Origin: Blastocatellia bacterium
GTDB taxonomy: Bacteria > Acidobacteriota > Blastocatellia > UBA7656
Length of the DNA: 64,000 nucleotides
Assembly: GCA_963765495.1 (NCBI GenBank)
Contig: CAVXWP010000007.1
Coordinates: forward strand, 352,001-416,000
Direction of reading: 5' to 3'
The position numbers and the translations under genes are program-made. Below are positions 9,631 to 18,556 of this stretch, one piece after another. Numbering within the stretch: position 1 is the stretch's first letter; each line of letters starts with the position of its first letter. The notes beneath the pieces are model-generated. The model was not told the origin of the DNA. It searched no databases and worked only from the letters and a program-made list of their open reading frames with translations.

Positions 9631-10785
9631 ATGTCTACGATAAACTTCTCGCAGGTTATACAGCAGATGCTGGCCGTATCAGACAAGATTTCCGATCTCA
9701 TATTTTCGCCCGGACGTCCGCCTCAGGTAGAGTTGATCGGCAAGCTTACTCCGGTCAAGGTGGACGGTATGGAGATGCTCACGCCCGCGCACACGGCAGG
9801 CGTGGCAAAAGCATTGATAGGCAATAACAAGAATGCCGAAGAGTCTCTGGAAAAACACGGCTCGGCTGATCTCTCTTTCAGTCTGCCGGGCATGTCGCGG
9901 TTCCGCGTAAACATATTCAAACAGCGTGGAACTCACGCCATAGTAATGAGAGTCGTGCCCGACAAGATACCTTCCTTCGAGGATCTGCTTCTGCCGAAGC
10001 AGTTGAAAGACATTGCCGAATTGAAAAACGGCATCGTGCTGGTCACGGGGCCTACGGGATCGGGTAAATCTTCTACGCTTGCGGCAATAATTGACCTGAT
10101 CAACCAGACCAAGTATTACCACATAGTTACTATCGAAGACCCTGTGGAATTTATGCATCGCCACAAGAACTGCACGGTGCATCAGAGGGAGTTGCACTCC
10201 GATACATCGAGTTTCGCCTACGCGCTGAGAGCGGCGCTGCGCCAGGCACCGAAGGTGATACTGGTCGGAGAGATACGTGACCTCGAAACCGTTGAGGTGG
10301 CGCTCGAAGCCTCAGAGACCGGCCACCTCGTGCTCTCGACCCTGCACACGACCGATGCCGTCAAGACCGTCGAGCGATTGATAGGACTCTTTCCAAAGAG
10401 CCAGGAGCATATAATCAGATTGCGGCTCTCGGGCGCTTTCAGGTTTATCGTCTCGCAGCGGCTTATGCCGCGCGCAGATAGTCAGGGCCGCGTCGCCGCT
10501 ATTGAAATCCTCCGGTCAACGGCGCGAACTCGCGATTATATTGAGAAAGGCGAGCGCGAAGGGAAGTCGCTATATGATGCCATGCGAGACGGCAATCTGG
10601 ACGGAATGCAGGTTTTTGATGCGGAGATAGAACGAATGATTCGCACAGGCATGATCACAATGCAAGACGGACTTGCCTATGCAACCAATCGCCAGAATCT
10701 TATGCTTCAGCTCTCGGATGTCGGCGGCAGCTCGATTGGTGAGATGCTGGGAATGAAAGGCAATACTTCTGATCTTATTAGCTGA
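9631..10785 (+). CDS. pilT: PilT/PilU family type IV pilus retraction ATPase
   Basis: RFRVNIF, GPTGSGKSST, TIEDPVE, ALRQAPKVILVGEIRD, TGHLVLSTLHT. Confidence 0.92.
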   Translation: MSTINFSQVIQQMLAVSDKISDLIFSPGRPPQVELIGKLTPVKVDGMEMLTPAHTAGVAKALIGNNKNAEESLEKHGSADLSFSLPGMSRFRVNIFKQRGTHAIVMRVVPDKIPSFEDLLLPKQLKDIAELKNGIVLVTGPTGSGKSSTLAAIIDLINQTKYYHIVTIEDPVEFMHRHKNCTVHQRELHSDTSSFAYALRAALRQAPKVILVGEIRDLETVEVALEASETGHLVLSTLHTTDAVKTVERLIGLFPKSQEHIIRLRLSGAFRFIVSQRLMPRADSQGRVAAIEILRSTARTRDYIEKGEREGKSLYDAMRDGNLDGMQVFDAEIERMIRTGMITMQDGLAYATNRQNLMLQLSDVGGSSIGEMLGMKGNTSDLIS

Positions 10786-10805
10786 GATACCCGGATACCT
10801 CGCTA

Positions 10806-10928
10806 TGATGCGTGATGCGTGATGCGTGATGCGTGATTCGTAATCGGTGGTTTTTGTGTAGCCCGCCTGTAGACGACAATTTTTGAGCCTGGTTAATCAC
10901 GCGTCACGCATCACGCGTCACGCATCAC
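10806..10928. repeat. Heptamer inverted-arm element (TGATGCG x5 / CGCRTCA x4)
   Basis: Left arm 10806-10843, ~52-nt spacer, right arm 10896-10928; directly after the pilT stop. Confidence 0.9.
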
Positions 10929-10994
10929 TCCATACCTTTTATTCAAGTTCACTTGTGCCGAAGTCTTGCGGTATGATTTAGGCTTACAGGGATT

Positions 10995-11660
10995 ATGCGA
11001 CCGACAATCATTTCCATATCGGGCCTATCCTCAAACGTCGGCAAGACCACGCTTCTTTGCAATCTGTTGAAATGCTTGCCAGGGGCAGAGGCGATAAAGG
11101 TCTCGCGGGGGCATTACCGTTCGTGCGGCAAGAACCCGGAAGCCTGCTGCATCAGCCCTATGCTTGGCGAAAATCCCCTGGTCCTCAGCGGGTCTGCTGA
11201 GACCTGCGTGCCTGGAAAGGACACCGGGCGATACTGGCAGGCAGGGGCCACAGGAGTCCACTGGGTCATCTGCACAAGCGAGCAGGTCGAGGAGGGGGTT
11301 GGCATCGCCTTGAGCCGCACGCGGAGCTCTCACGTTTTTATCGAAGGGACCAGCTTTCTGAAATTCATCCCGGCCGATTATTCGATCATGGTCGCATGTC
11401 TCTCTATGACCGAGATCAAATCATCTGCCGCGCGGGTTATGAACAAGATGGATGCTGTATTTGTGAGCGGGTCTGATCGCGGCCCTGGCGTATTTGAAGA
11501 ACTGCAAAGCCGCGTGAGTAAGCGAGGTTATACTTTGCCGTCGGTGCCTCTATTTTTCGAAAGTAACCTGAACCACCTGGCTGACGAGATCAAACGTATC
11601 CACAAAGGGCGGTTATCGGCAATTTCCTGCGAATCGGCGCAACCCACCTTTTTAGTGTAG
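10995..11660 (+). CDS. P-loop NTPase of unknown function (MobB-like) with Cys-rich insert
   Basis: GLSSNVGKTT Walker A, AIK, CGKNPEACC, GKDTGRYWQAGA, FIEG. Confidence 0.65.
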   Translation: MRPTIISISGLSSNVGKTTLLCNLLKCLPGAEAIKVSRGHYRSCGKNPEACCISPMLGENPLVLSGSAETCVPGKDTGRYWQAGATGVHWVICTSEQVEEGVGIALSRTRSSHVFIEGTSFLKFIPADYSIMVACLSMTEIKSSAARVMNKMDAVFVSGSDRGPGVFEELQSRVSKRGYTLPSVPLFFESNLNHLADEIKRIHKGRLSAISCESAQPTFLV

Positions 11661-11692
11661 TGCGAGCGAACCTTTTTCTGTTCTCGATCAGC

Positions 11693-11998
11693 TTATTGAT
11701 TGAGGAGCGACAGCAAATCGCTTTCAATCTGCTGATCGGTTAATTCCTGCTCGATATAGAGGTTAAACCGTCCCGCTGCAAGCAAGCTGATGAATACTTC
11801 CTGGGTGAGTTGATCGAAATCAACCTGAAGGTCCGGGGTCGCCGAACGGATAAAGGTGAAGAGCCTCTGCCATAAGGCTTCCGCATCTTCAGCGATTAAC
11901 AATTCTCGCCAGCCTCGTGCGTGTCCCGGGGCCTGTTTGGGGGACACTCGCTCACGGCTGACGCGCCGGGCAACGTATGTGAGGGCTTCGGTTGCCAT
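11693..11998 (-). CDS. Small hypothetical protein resembling ECF sigma region 2
   Basis: AGGAG RBS upstream; LWQRLFTFIR...DFDQLTQEVFISLL resembles the sigma2 DAEDLxQEVF motif. Confidence 0.55.
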   Translation of the reverse strand: MATEALTYVARRVSRERVSPKQAPGHARGWRELLIAEDAEALWQRLFTFIRSATPDLQVDFDQLTQEVFISLLAAGRFNLYIEQELTDQQIESDLLSLLNQ

Positions 11999-12230
11999 TG
12001 CGCCACTCCTATTGAAAATGATTAAGTCTCGCCTATAATTAAGACGGAATGAAAGGTTTCCGTAATTGATTGATTGTCCATCCGCCCTTGGAGCAATGGA
12101 AGAATATCGTAACCTCGATTTTTATTCAAGAGGCATTTGGCAGACCCTGATCAATTTTATTCAAGCATCAAGGAAGAAGCAGGCGATTTAATATTTTAAT
12201 CCAACGGGGCAAGAAACCGAGGACCATTGC

Positions 12231-12599
12231 ATGACTTATACGTCCGGCATCTTAAACTACAAAACAAGTTATTTGGATCGGAGGACGAGCGTGCTTGAAC
12301 GCAGAAGAGTACGAAGGTTCAAAGTCGAATGGGATGTAACCGTAAAGGGTCAGGACATAACAGGTGCATCCCTGGATGAAGTGGGAAGGCTGGAAAACCT
12401 CAGTTCGGGAGGAGCTTTTTTATATCTCACAAAGTGCGTAAAGGTCGGCACTCAACTGGATGTCTGGATCAAGGTTCCTTTCAAGAGAGAGAACTGGATG
12501 AAATATTCAGCCGAAGTGGTAAGGGTAGAAAGTTTACCACAGAACTTCGGCGTGGCTATGAAGTTCGACTCTGCCCGGCCAGCATTCGTTGTTAAGTAG
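12231..12599 (+). CDS. Single-domain PilZ protein
   Basis: ERRRVRRF (RxxxR) and NLSSGG (D/NxSxxG) c-di-GMP motifs; AEVVRV...GVAMKF. Start may be GTG 12291. Confidence 0.85.
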   Translation: MTYTSGILNYKTSYLDRRTSVLERRRVRRFKVEWDVTVKGQDITGASLDEVGRLENLSSGGAFLYLTKCVKVGTQLDVWIKVPFKRENWMKYSAEVVRVESLPQNFGVAMKFDSARPAFVVK

Positions 12600-12739
12600 T
12601 CTCCCTATCTCAGGTTAAGGGCGGGCATTCTATCGCCGCCAGTCGTTTTCTTACTTTATCAGTAATTCAAAGCTGTGATAGCAAGCAGTAAGCGTGAGCC
12701 GTCTCCGCGCCTGCTCCAAGTGTGTAACCGCAGGTCTGC

Positions 12740-13291
12740 TCAGGCAAAATGGGTATTTCGCGCCTGAAGCTGGCGGATGCGTTCTTTCAATCGCTTCAGC
12801 ACATCTGCCTTTTCATCTTTCGAGGCCGTCTGGCGAAGCTCTTCAACAAGCTCGTCTATCTCTATGGCGAGCACGCGGCTCTTATCTTCGGGTTGTTCGA
12901 CCGCGCTGTCTGTCTGAAACGCCGATAATCTGCCGAAGAACTGTTCGAGGGCTGCCCAGAAACTCTCGATGTGGATAGGCTTTTCAAGACAGCAATTTGC
13001 TCCGGCCGATTCGGCCTCTACCAGCATCATAGGCCCGCACCCGCTGATGACTATAATGGGCGTGGATTTTATCGGATCATCGCCTCTCACGCTTGTGATG
13101 AAATGTAGACCGCTCTTTCCGGGCAGAACTATATCGGTAATTATGAGGTCGGGCTTTATCCGGCGGGCCATTTCAAACGCCAGCTCCGCGTTCGATGCTG
13201 TGTTGACGGTGTAACCCTTGAGTCGCAGCAACTCGGCCATCGGCTGCTGAGTATCAAAATCATCCTCGACCACCAGCACAGTTTTCGGCAT
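12740..13291 (-). CDS. Response regulator (receiver domain + short helical tail)
   Basis: GAGGA RBS; MPKTVLVVEDD, LIITDIVLPG (phospho-Asp), ISG, LEKP. Confidence 0.85.
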   Translation of the reverse strand: MPKTVLVVEDDFDTQQPMAELLRLKGYTVNTASNAELAFEMARRIKPDLIITDIVLPGKSGLHFITSVRGDDPIKSTPIIVISGCGPMMLVEAESAGANCCLEKPIHIESFWAALEQFFGRLSAFQTDSAVEQPEDKSRVLAIEIDELVEELRQTASKDEKADVLKRLKERIRQLQARNTHFA

Positions 13292-13455
13292 AAAAATATC
13301 CTCGATGAATATGGTCCTGCAGAGGGAAGAGAAAACGGAGTCTGTCGGGCACGTGCGTGGGTGAGGTGCGATCACGTACTCGAAGTCAATCTTAGCTTCA
13401 GGCGCTCATAAGCGCAATGATTACTTTGACATCTGCCGATCGTATCACGGCTTCG

Positions 13456-13485
13456 TTGACAGCCCTTGTGCGACTTTCGTAAACT
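13456..13485 (+). promoter_or_regulatory. Sigma70-type promoter of ruvA
   Basis: TTGACA (13456-13461), 18 bp, TAAACT (13480-13485). Confidence 0.55.
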
Positions 13486-13514
13486 CAAGAGCAGCCGAGA
13501 ACGGGGGGCCGAAT

Positions 13515-14129
13515 TTGATCGCGCAACTATCAGGCAAGTTAATTCACAAACAACCGAATAGTATAATCCTGGACGTGGGCGGGGTCGGTTATGACGTGAC
13601 GATACCGCTTTCCACGTTTTATGAGCTTGGCGATATCGGCACAGATGCATCGCTAAAGATTCACACGCACGTCAGGGAAGACCTCATACAATTGTTCGGA
13701 TTCTGGACGCTGCGCGAAAAGGAACTCTTTCTGCGGCTTACGAGCGTGAGCGGCATCGGGCCAAAGCTTGCAATCACGATGCTATCGGGGATGCCCGCGC
13801 CCGAGCTTATCCCTGCCATCAGGACTAACGATCTTGGAAGACTGACGGCAATACCGGGCGTGGGTCGCAAGACCGCAGAGCGCGTAGTCGTGGAGCTTCG
13901 CGATAAGCTCGCGGCATTATCGAGCGAAGAAGCCGATGTAGAATTTACCGCCGCAAGCCGGGCTGGCACAACCGAAACCGACATCAGAGACGACACGATT
14001 GCCGCGCTGATCGCGCTCGGCTACCCGCGCCCCGTGGCTGAAAAGGCTGTCACGACGGCCTTGCGCGAAGACGGAGGCCGGGCAATAGAGGATGTATTGA
14101 AGAGATCACTCAAGCGGCTTTCGCGTTAA
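13515..14129 (+). CDS. ruvA: Holliday junction branch migration protein RuvA
   Basis: DVGGVGY, HVREDLIQLFGF, VSGIGPKLA, IPGVGRKTAERVVVELRDK, ALIALGY. Confidence 0.95.
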   Translation: MIAQLSGKLIHKQPNSIILDVGGVGYDVTIPLSTFYELGDIGTDASLKIHTHVREDLIQLFGFWTLREKELFLRLTSVSGIGPKLAITMLSGMPAPELIPAIRTNDLGRLTAIPGVGRKTAERVVVELRDKLAALSSEEADVEFTAASRAGTTETDIRDDTIAALIALGYPRPVAEKAVTTALREDGGRAIEDVLKRSLKRLSR

Positions 14130-14331
14130 GCAAAAAAACAAAAACTGTAAATCAATCAATTTACAGGGCTAACATTTTTGCAATAATTTTTTGATCGAAA
14201 AATGGTCTGCCGGGGCAGGTTTATCATTGCTTTTTTAGATGTGCTTCCATATAATCGGGCGGCATTAAGAGGTCACAACGATCAAGCCCCGCAGTAAAAG
14301 TAGTAATCTGGGCAGAACAGGAATGTGGTAG

Positions 14332-15069
14332 ATGCTGGCTGAATCTGCAAATGTCAATCCTATGTCGTGTGCCGTGTGTGGAGGCACCGGATGGGAGTTT
14401 GTAGAAGGCAGAGGCGTCCGCCAGTGTGAATGTAAGCGAACCGCTCGCGCCGATCTCTTAATCTCTCAGGCCAGAATACCCACAAGATTTCTTTCGTGCA
14501 GCTTTGAAAACTTCAACCCCGTGTGCCCGTCATTGCATCGCGCGTTGATGAACACGCGCAAGTTTGTCGAAGAGTACCCTCTGGTTGAAGTTGGTCTGCT
14601 CTTTTTAGGCAGTTGCGGAGTAGGGAAGACTCATCTGGCCGTTGCGGCTCTCAAAGAGATCATCAAGAAGGGCATACCGGGTCTCTTTTATGATTTCCGC
14701 GATCTGCTCAAAGAGATTCAGGACAGCTATAACCCGACCACTCACACCTCGGAACTCAAGATACTCTCTCCGATATTTGAAGCCGACATCCTGATTCTGG
14801 ATGAACTCGGAGCAAGCAAGCCAACCGAGTGGGTGCAAGAGACAATCACCCACATTATCAACAAGCGCTATAACGAAAAGAAGGTCACAATCTTTACCTC
14901 CAACTATCTGGATATGCCTATCGGAACAGCCTATGACGAGACGCTCACCGAGCGCGTAGGCGTTCGCTTGCGTTCGCGGCTGCACGAGATGTGCAGGCTT
15001 GTGATGATCGAAGGCGACGATTACCGAAAGATAATCAAGGACAATCGCGGCACGCGCTTCTCTTCTTAA
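14332..15069 (+). CDS. DnaC/DnaI/IstB-like AAA+ ATPase with N-terminal Zn-binding motif
   Basis: CAVCGGTG...[37 protein letters not shown]. Confidence 0.85.
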   Translation: MLAESANVNPMSCAVCGGTGWEFVEGRGVRQCECKRTARADLLISQARIPTRFLSCSFENFNPVCPSLHRALMNTRKFVEEYPLVEVGLLFLGSCGVGKTHLAVAALKEIIKKGIPGLFYDFRDLLKEIQDSYNPTTHTSELKILSPIFEADILILDELGASKPTEWVQETITHIINKRYNEKKVTIFTSNYLDMPIGTAYDETLTERVGVRLRSRLHEMCRLVMIEGDDYRKIIKDNRGTRFSS

Positions 15070-15095
15070 TATTTCCAACAAACAACGCAAAAGAG

Positions 15096-15154
15096 GCCAC
15101 GAATTTACACGAATCATCACGAAATATTCGTGTTTATTTGTGTGAATTCGTGGC
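15096..15154. repeat. 10-mer inverted-arm element (CACGAAT.. / ATTCGTG..) between convergent genes
   Basis: gccacgaatttacacgaatcatcacgaaat / attcgtgtttatttgtgtgaattcgtggc. Confidence 0.85.
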
Positions 15155-15166
15155 TAAATCCAATTG

Positions 15167-15946
15167 CTATTTGCCCTTGAAGTCCGCCTTGCGTTTTTCG
15201 ATGAATGCGCGAACGCCTTCTTCTTTGTCTTCGCTCGAAAAACAGAGCGCGAAAAGATCGACCTCGGCGTCAAGCCCTTCCTTCATGTTCAATCGAGCGG
15301 CGTTCTTGACGGATGCTTTAGCCATGGCGAGCGCTACGGGGCTCATCTCGGCAATCTTTTCAGCCATCTCCATAGTCTTCGCCTCAAGTTCTTCGGGCGC
15401 AACAACGTAATTTACCAGGCCGAGCCGTTCGGCTTCCTCGGCTGAAATCATATCGCCTGTCAAGATCAGCTCCATCGCTTTGCCTTCGCCGATGAGTCGC
15501 GTCATGCGCTGAGTGCCGCCGCCGCCGGGAATTATTCCCAGCTTGATTTCAGGCTGGCCGAGCCTCGCTTTAGATGAAGCGATGCGGATGTCGCAGGCAA
15601 GGGCCAGTTCGCACCCGCCCCCGAGCGCGAATCCGTTTATCATGGCGATGACGGGTTTGGGAAAATCTTCTACCGCGTCAAAAGCCCGGCGACCTTTCAT
15701 AACCGCGCGCTGTTTTATCGCAGTCATCCCCGCGAACTCATTTATGTCTGCGCCCGCGATAAATGCCTTTTCGCCCGCGCCTGTGATGATGACGACTCGC
15801 ACTTCATCATCGCGCTCAAGCTCGTCGAAGGCGGTCAGTATCTCTTCACGCGTGCGAATGTTCAGCGCGTTCAACTTGTCGGGACGGTTTATGGTCACTA
15901 TGGCCACGCGGCCACGCCTTTCAATCAAAACATTTTCTAATGCCAT
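15167..15946 (-). CDS. Enoyl-CoA hydratase (crotonase, PaaF/Crt-like)
   Basis: NRPDKLNAL, FIAGADI, GGGCELALACD, GQPEIKLGIIPGGGGTQR; both catalytic Glu present. Confidence 0.9.
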   Translation of the reverse strand: MALENVLIERRGRVAIVTINRPDKLNALNIRTREEILTAFDELERDDEVRVVIITGAGEKAFIAGADINEFAGMTAIKQRAVMKGRRAFDAVEDFPKPVIAMINGFALGGGCELALACDIRIASSKARLGQPEIKLGIIPGGGGTQRMTRLIGEGKAMELILTGDMISAEEAERLGLVNYVVAPEELEAKTMEMAEKIAEMSPVALAMAKASVKNAARLNMKEGLDAEVDLFALCFSSEDKEEGVRAFIEKRKADFKGK

Positions 15947-15967
15947 CTTCGCTCCTTCTGTGAAGTC

Positions 15968-16822
15968 TTATTCCCATTTATAAAAGCCTTCGCCCGATTT
16001 CTTGCCAAGCTTGCCTTCGGCAACTTTGCGTTTGAGCAAGTCGGGCGGGCGAAATACTTCCGAACCAAGTTTGTCGAAAAGGTATCGGGCTATGTTCAAT
16101 CGAATATCGAGCCCTACGAGATCGGTCAATCTGAGCGGTCCCATCGGGTGGTTGTAGCCAAGCGCCATCGCTTTGTCTATGTCTTCTGCGCTTGCTACGC
16201 CCTGTTCGAGCATGCGGATCGCTTCGAGCCCGAGCGCGACTCCGAGCCGACTCGTTGCAAACCCGGGCGCATCTTTTACCGTGATGGCTTCTTTGCCCAT
16301 GCGCGCCGCAACATCGAGAGCCGCAGTCAGAGTTTCCGAAGAAGTTTCTGGCCCGACCACTACCTCGATGAGCTTCATAATATGGACGGGATTGAAAAAG
16401 TGCATGCCGATCACTCGGTCTGCGCGCCTGCTCGCCGAAGCGATTGATTCTATGCTCAACGAAGAAGTGTTTGTAGCAAAGATAGCGGCAGGTTCACACA
16501 CGCGATCCAGATGCGCGAAGAGTTCGCGCTTGGCGTCGAGTTTTTCGATGATCGCTTCGATTACAAGGTCGGCCACGTCCGCCGCATCTTCGATGCTGGC
16601 CGTAGTCCGAATCCTCCCGAGCGCCGCCTGCATCTCTTCTTCTGTGACCTTGCCGCGCTCTATGCCTTTTTTCAGATTGGCTTCGATCTGAGCCTTCCCT
16701 CGCTCGACAAGCTCGGCGCTGATGTCGGTCAGCGCGACTTCAAAACCGGCCTGCGCCGCGACCTGCGCGATGCCGTGTCCCATTGTGCCTGCGCCTATCA
16801 CTGCTATCTCTTCAATCGCCAT
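15968..16822 (-). CDS. 3-hydroxyacyl-CoA dehydrogenase (PaaH/Hbd-like)
   Basis: GAGTMGHGIA, IEAIIE, ATNTSSL, GMHFFNP, HPMGPLRLTDLVGLD. Confidence 0.92.
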   Translation of the reverse strand: MAIEEIAVIGAGTMGHGIAQVAAQAGFEVALTDISAELVERGKAQIEANLKKGIERGKVTEEEMQAALGRIRTTASIEDAADVADLVIEAIIEKLDAKRELFAHLDRVCEPAAIFATNTSSLSIESIASASRRADRVIGMHFFNPVHIMKLIEVVVGPETSSETLTAALDVAARMGKEAITVKDAPGFATSRLGVALGLEAIRMLEQGVASAEDIDKAMALGYNHPMGPLRLTDLVGLDIRLNIARYLFDKLGSEVFRPPDLLKRKVAEGKLGKKSGEGFYKWE

Positions 16823-16834
16823 CTTTCAAACCTT

Positions 16835-17614
16835 TCAAAACCTTGGCTCTCGCTTTTCGATAAAGGCATTCAACCCTTCGGCGGAATCTTCAATCGCGAA
16901 ACAATCCTTCTGTGCGCGGGTTTCGTAATCAAGCATCTCATCGAAGCTCGTGTTCATGCTCTTGTAGATTGCCCGTTTTATCATCGCGAGGATTCGCGGC
17001 GAGTTTCTGATCAATCGCCGGACCATCTGATTCGTAGCTTCTTCGAGCAGGTCAGGCGGCACGACTACATTGACCAGTCCTAACCTCTGAGCATCGAAGG
17101 CGCTTATGACATCGCCGCTCATCATCATCTCGCAGGCGACGGCGGTCCCCGCCAGACGTGGAAGAAAGAACGTGCCGCCCCAATCCGGGTGCAGGCCCAG
17201 CCGGATAAAGGTCTCGCCGAAGCTCGCCTCTTCGCTGGCAACACGGATATCGCAGGCGAGGGCAAGGTTGATGCCGCCTCCGGCGGTCGGGCCGTTGATT
17301 GAAGCGATAACCGGCTTTGGCAACTGCCGTATCTTGCTGACCACGTTGCGGGCGGCCTCAAGCACGCGATCAAGCGATTCGCTGTCGCCCGTATTTCTTA
17401 CCTGCGCAAGAAAACGCACATCTGCGCCCGAGCAGAAACCTTTGCCCGCGCCCGTGATAACCACTGCGCGCGTATCGTCGTCCTCGCACTGACAGAGGGC
17501 TTCATAAATCTCTTCGCGCATCGAGCCGACGAAGGCATTCAATTTCTCAGGGCGATTGAGAGTGATTCGCGCAACCGCGTCTTTCTTTTCAAAGATGATA
17601 TTTTCAAAAGCCAT
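16835..17614 (-). CDS. Enoyl-CoA isomerase/hydratase (PaaG-like)
   Basis: FCSGADV, AGGGINLALACD, GLHPDWGG (Asp in place of the catalytic Glu, as in PaaG-type enzymes). Confidence 0.8.
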   Translation of the reverse strand: MAFENIIFEKKDAVARITLNRPEKLNAFVGSMREEIYEALCQCEDDDTRAVVITGAGKGFCSGADVRFLAQVRNTGDSESLDRVLEAARNVVSKIRQLPKPVIASINGPTAGGGINLALACDIRVASEEASFGETFIRLGLHPDWGGTFFLPRLAGTAVACEMMMSGDVISAFDAQRLGLVNVVVPPDLLEEATNQMVRRLIRNSPRILAMIKRAIYKSMNTSFDEMLDYETRAQKDCFAIEDSAEGLNAFIEKREPRF

Positions 17615-17669
17615 TCATAAATCTCAAAACAACATGCTGGAAAACACGAACCATGCGCGTAAGCACGTA

Positions 17670-17715
17670 ATCCGCGAAAATCCGCCCGATCCGCGTCCGT
17701 CCCGGCCTATTTCAA
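17670..17715 (+). repeat. 46-bp dispersed repeat copy 2
   Basis: atccgcgaaaatccgcccgatccgcgtccgtcccggcctatttcaa. Confidence 0.88.
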
Positions 17716-17759
17716 ATTCCCAATTCATGCAGTTAACCGACAACTCTACAGACCCGACA

Positions 17760-18542
17760 TTACTCGCCCTTAAACTTCGGCTTTCTTTTTTCACGAAATG
17801 CTTTCACGCCTTCGCGATGATCTGCGGTCTTAAGCAGCACGCTCTGGCCGAGAGCTTCGAGCATGCGCCCGGTTTGAAAATCGCTCGTGACCGAGTGCCA
17901 CAACAATCGCTTGGCAAGCCCAAGGGCTTCGGGCGCGCGGGTCAGCAGATGCTCGGCCATCCGGCGGGCGTGGTTCATCAACTCATCGTGCGGGACTACG
18001 CGATTGACGAGGCCGATGCGCTCGGCTTCCTCTGCGGTTATCATATCGCCGATAAAGATAAGCTCTTTCGCCTTGCCGTAGCCGATAAGTTTCACAAGCC
18101 GCGAACAACCGCCCGCGCCCGGTATGAGCCCGATGTTGTTTTCGCGGAAGCCGAACCGCGCCCGGTCGCTTGCTATGCGGATGTCGCAAGACAAAGTGAT
18201 CTGCAATCCGCCGCCCGTACAGGGTCCGTTTATGGCGGCAAGCACCGGCTTTTCGATCAATTCCAGCTCATCGAAAAACTGCGTCAGCCGGTGATTTTCA
18301 GCGCGAAACCGAGCCGTATTCCATTCGCGCTCGAAATACTCTATGTCGCCGCCCGCGGAAAAAGCGCGGCCCGCGCCGGTCAATATCACAACGCCTATTT
18401 CATCATTGGTCTGAAGCTCTATAAACAGGCGCGAGAAGTCATCGCGCATATCTTCATTGATAGCGTTCAGGCGGTCGGGCCTGTTCAAAGTGATAGTCGC
18501 TATCCGGTCGCTCAATTCAAAGGTGATAGTTTTGTATTCCAT
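17760..18542 (-). CDS. Enoyl-CoA hydratase/isomerase family protein
   Basis: NRPDRLNAI, FSAGGDI, GGGLQITLSCD, FRENNIGLIPGAGG. Confidence 0.88.
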   Translation of the reverse strand: MEYKTITFELSDRIATITLNRPDRLNAINEDMRDDFSRLFIELQTNDEIGVVILTGAGRAFSAGGDIEYFEREWNTARFRAENHRLTQFFDELELIEKPVLAAINGPCTGGGLQITLSCDIRIASDRARFGFRENNIGLIPGAGGCSRLVKLIGYGKAKELIFIGDMITAEEAERIGLVNRVVPHDELMNHARRMAEHLLTRAPEALGLAKRLLWHSVTSDFQTGRMLEALGQSVLLKTADHREGVKAFREKRKPKFKGE

Positions 18543-18556
18543 CTGCTTGTTGCGCA

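Noticed and set aside
14332-15069. IS21 element (IstB)
   Set aside because: No IstA gene or terminal inverted repeats; the Zn-binding N-terminus fits DnaC/DnaI-like proteins better.
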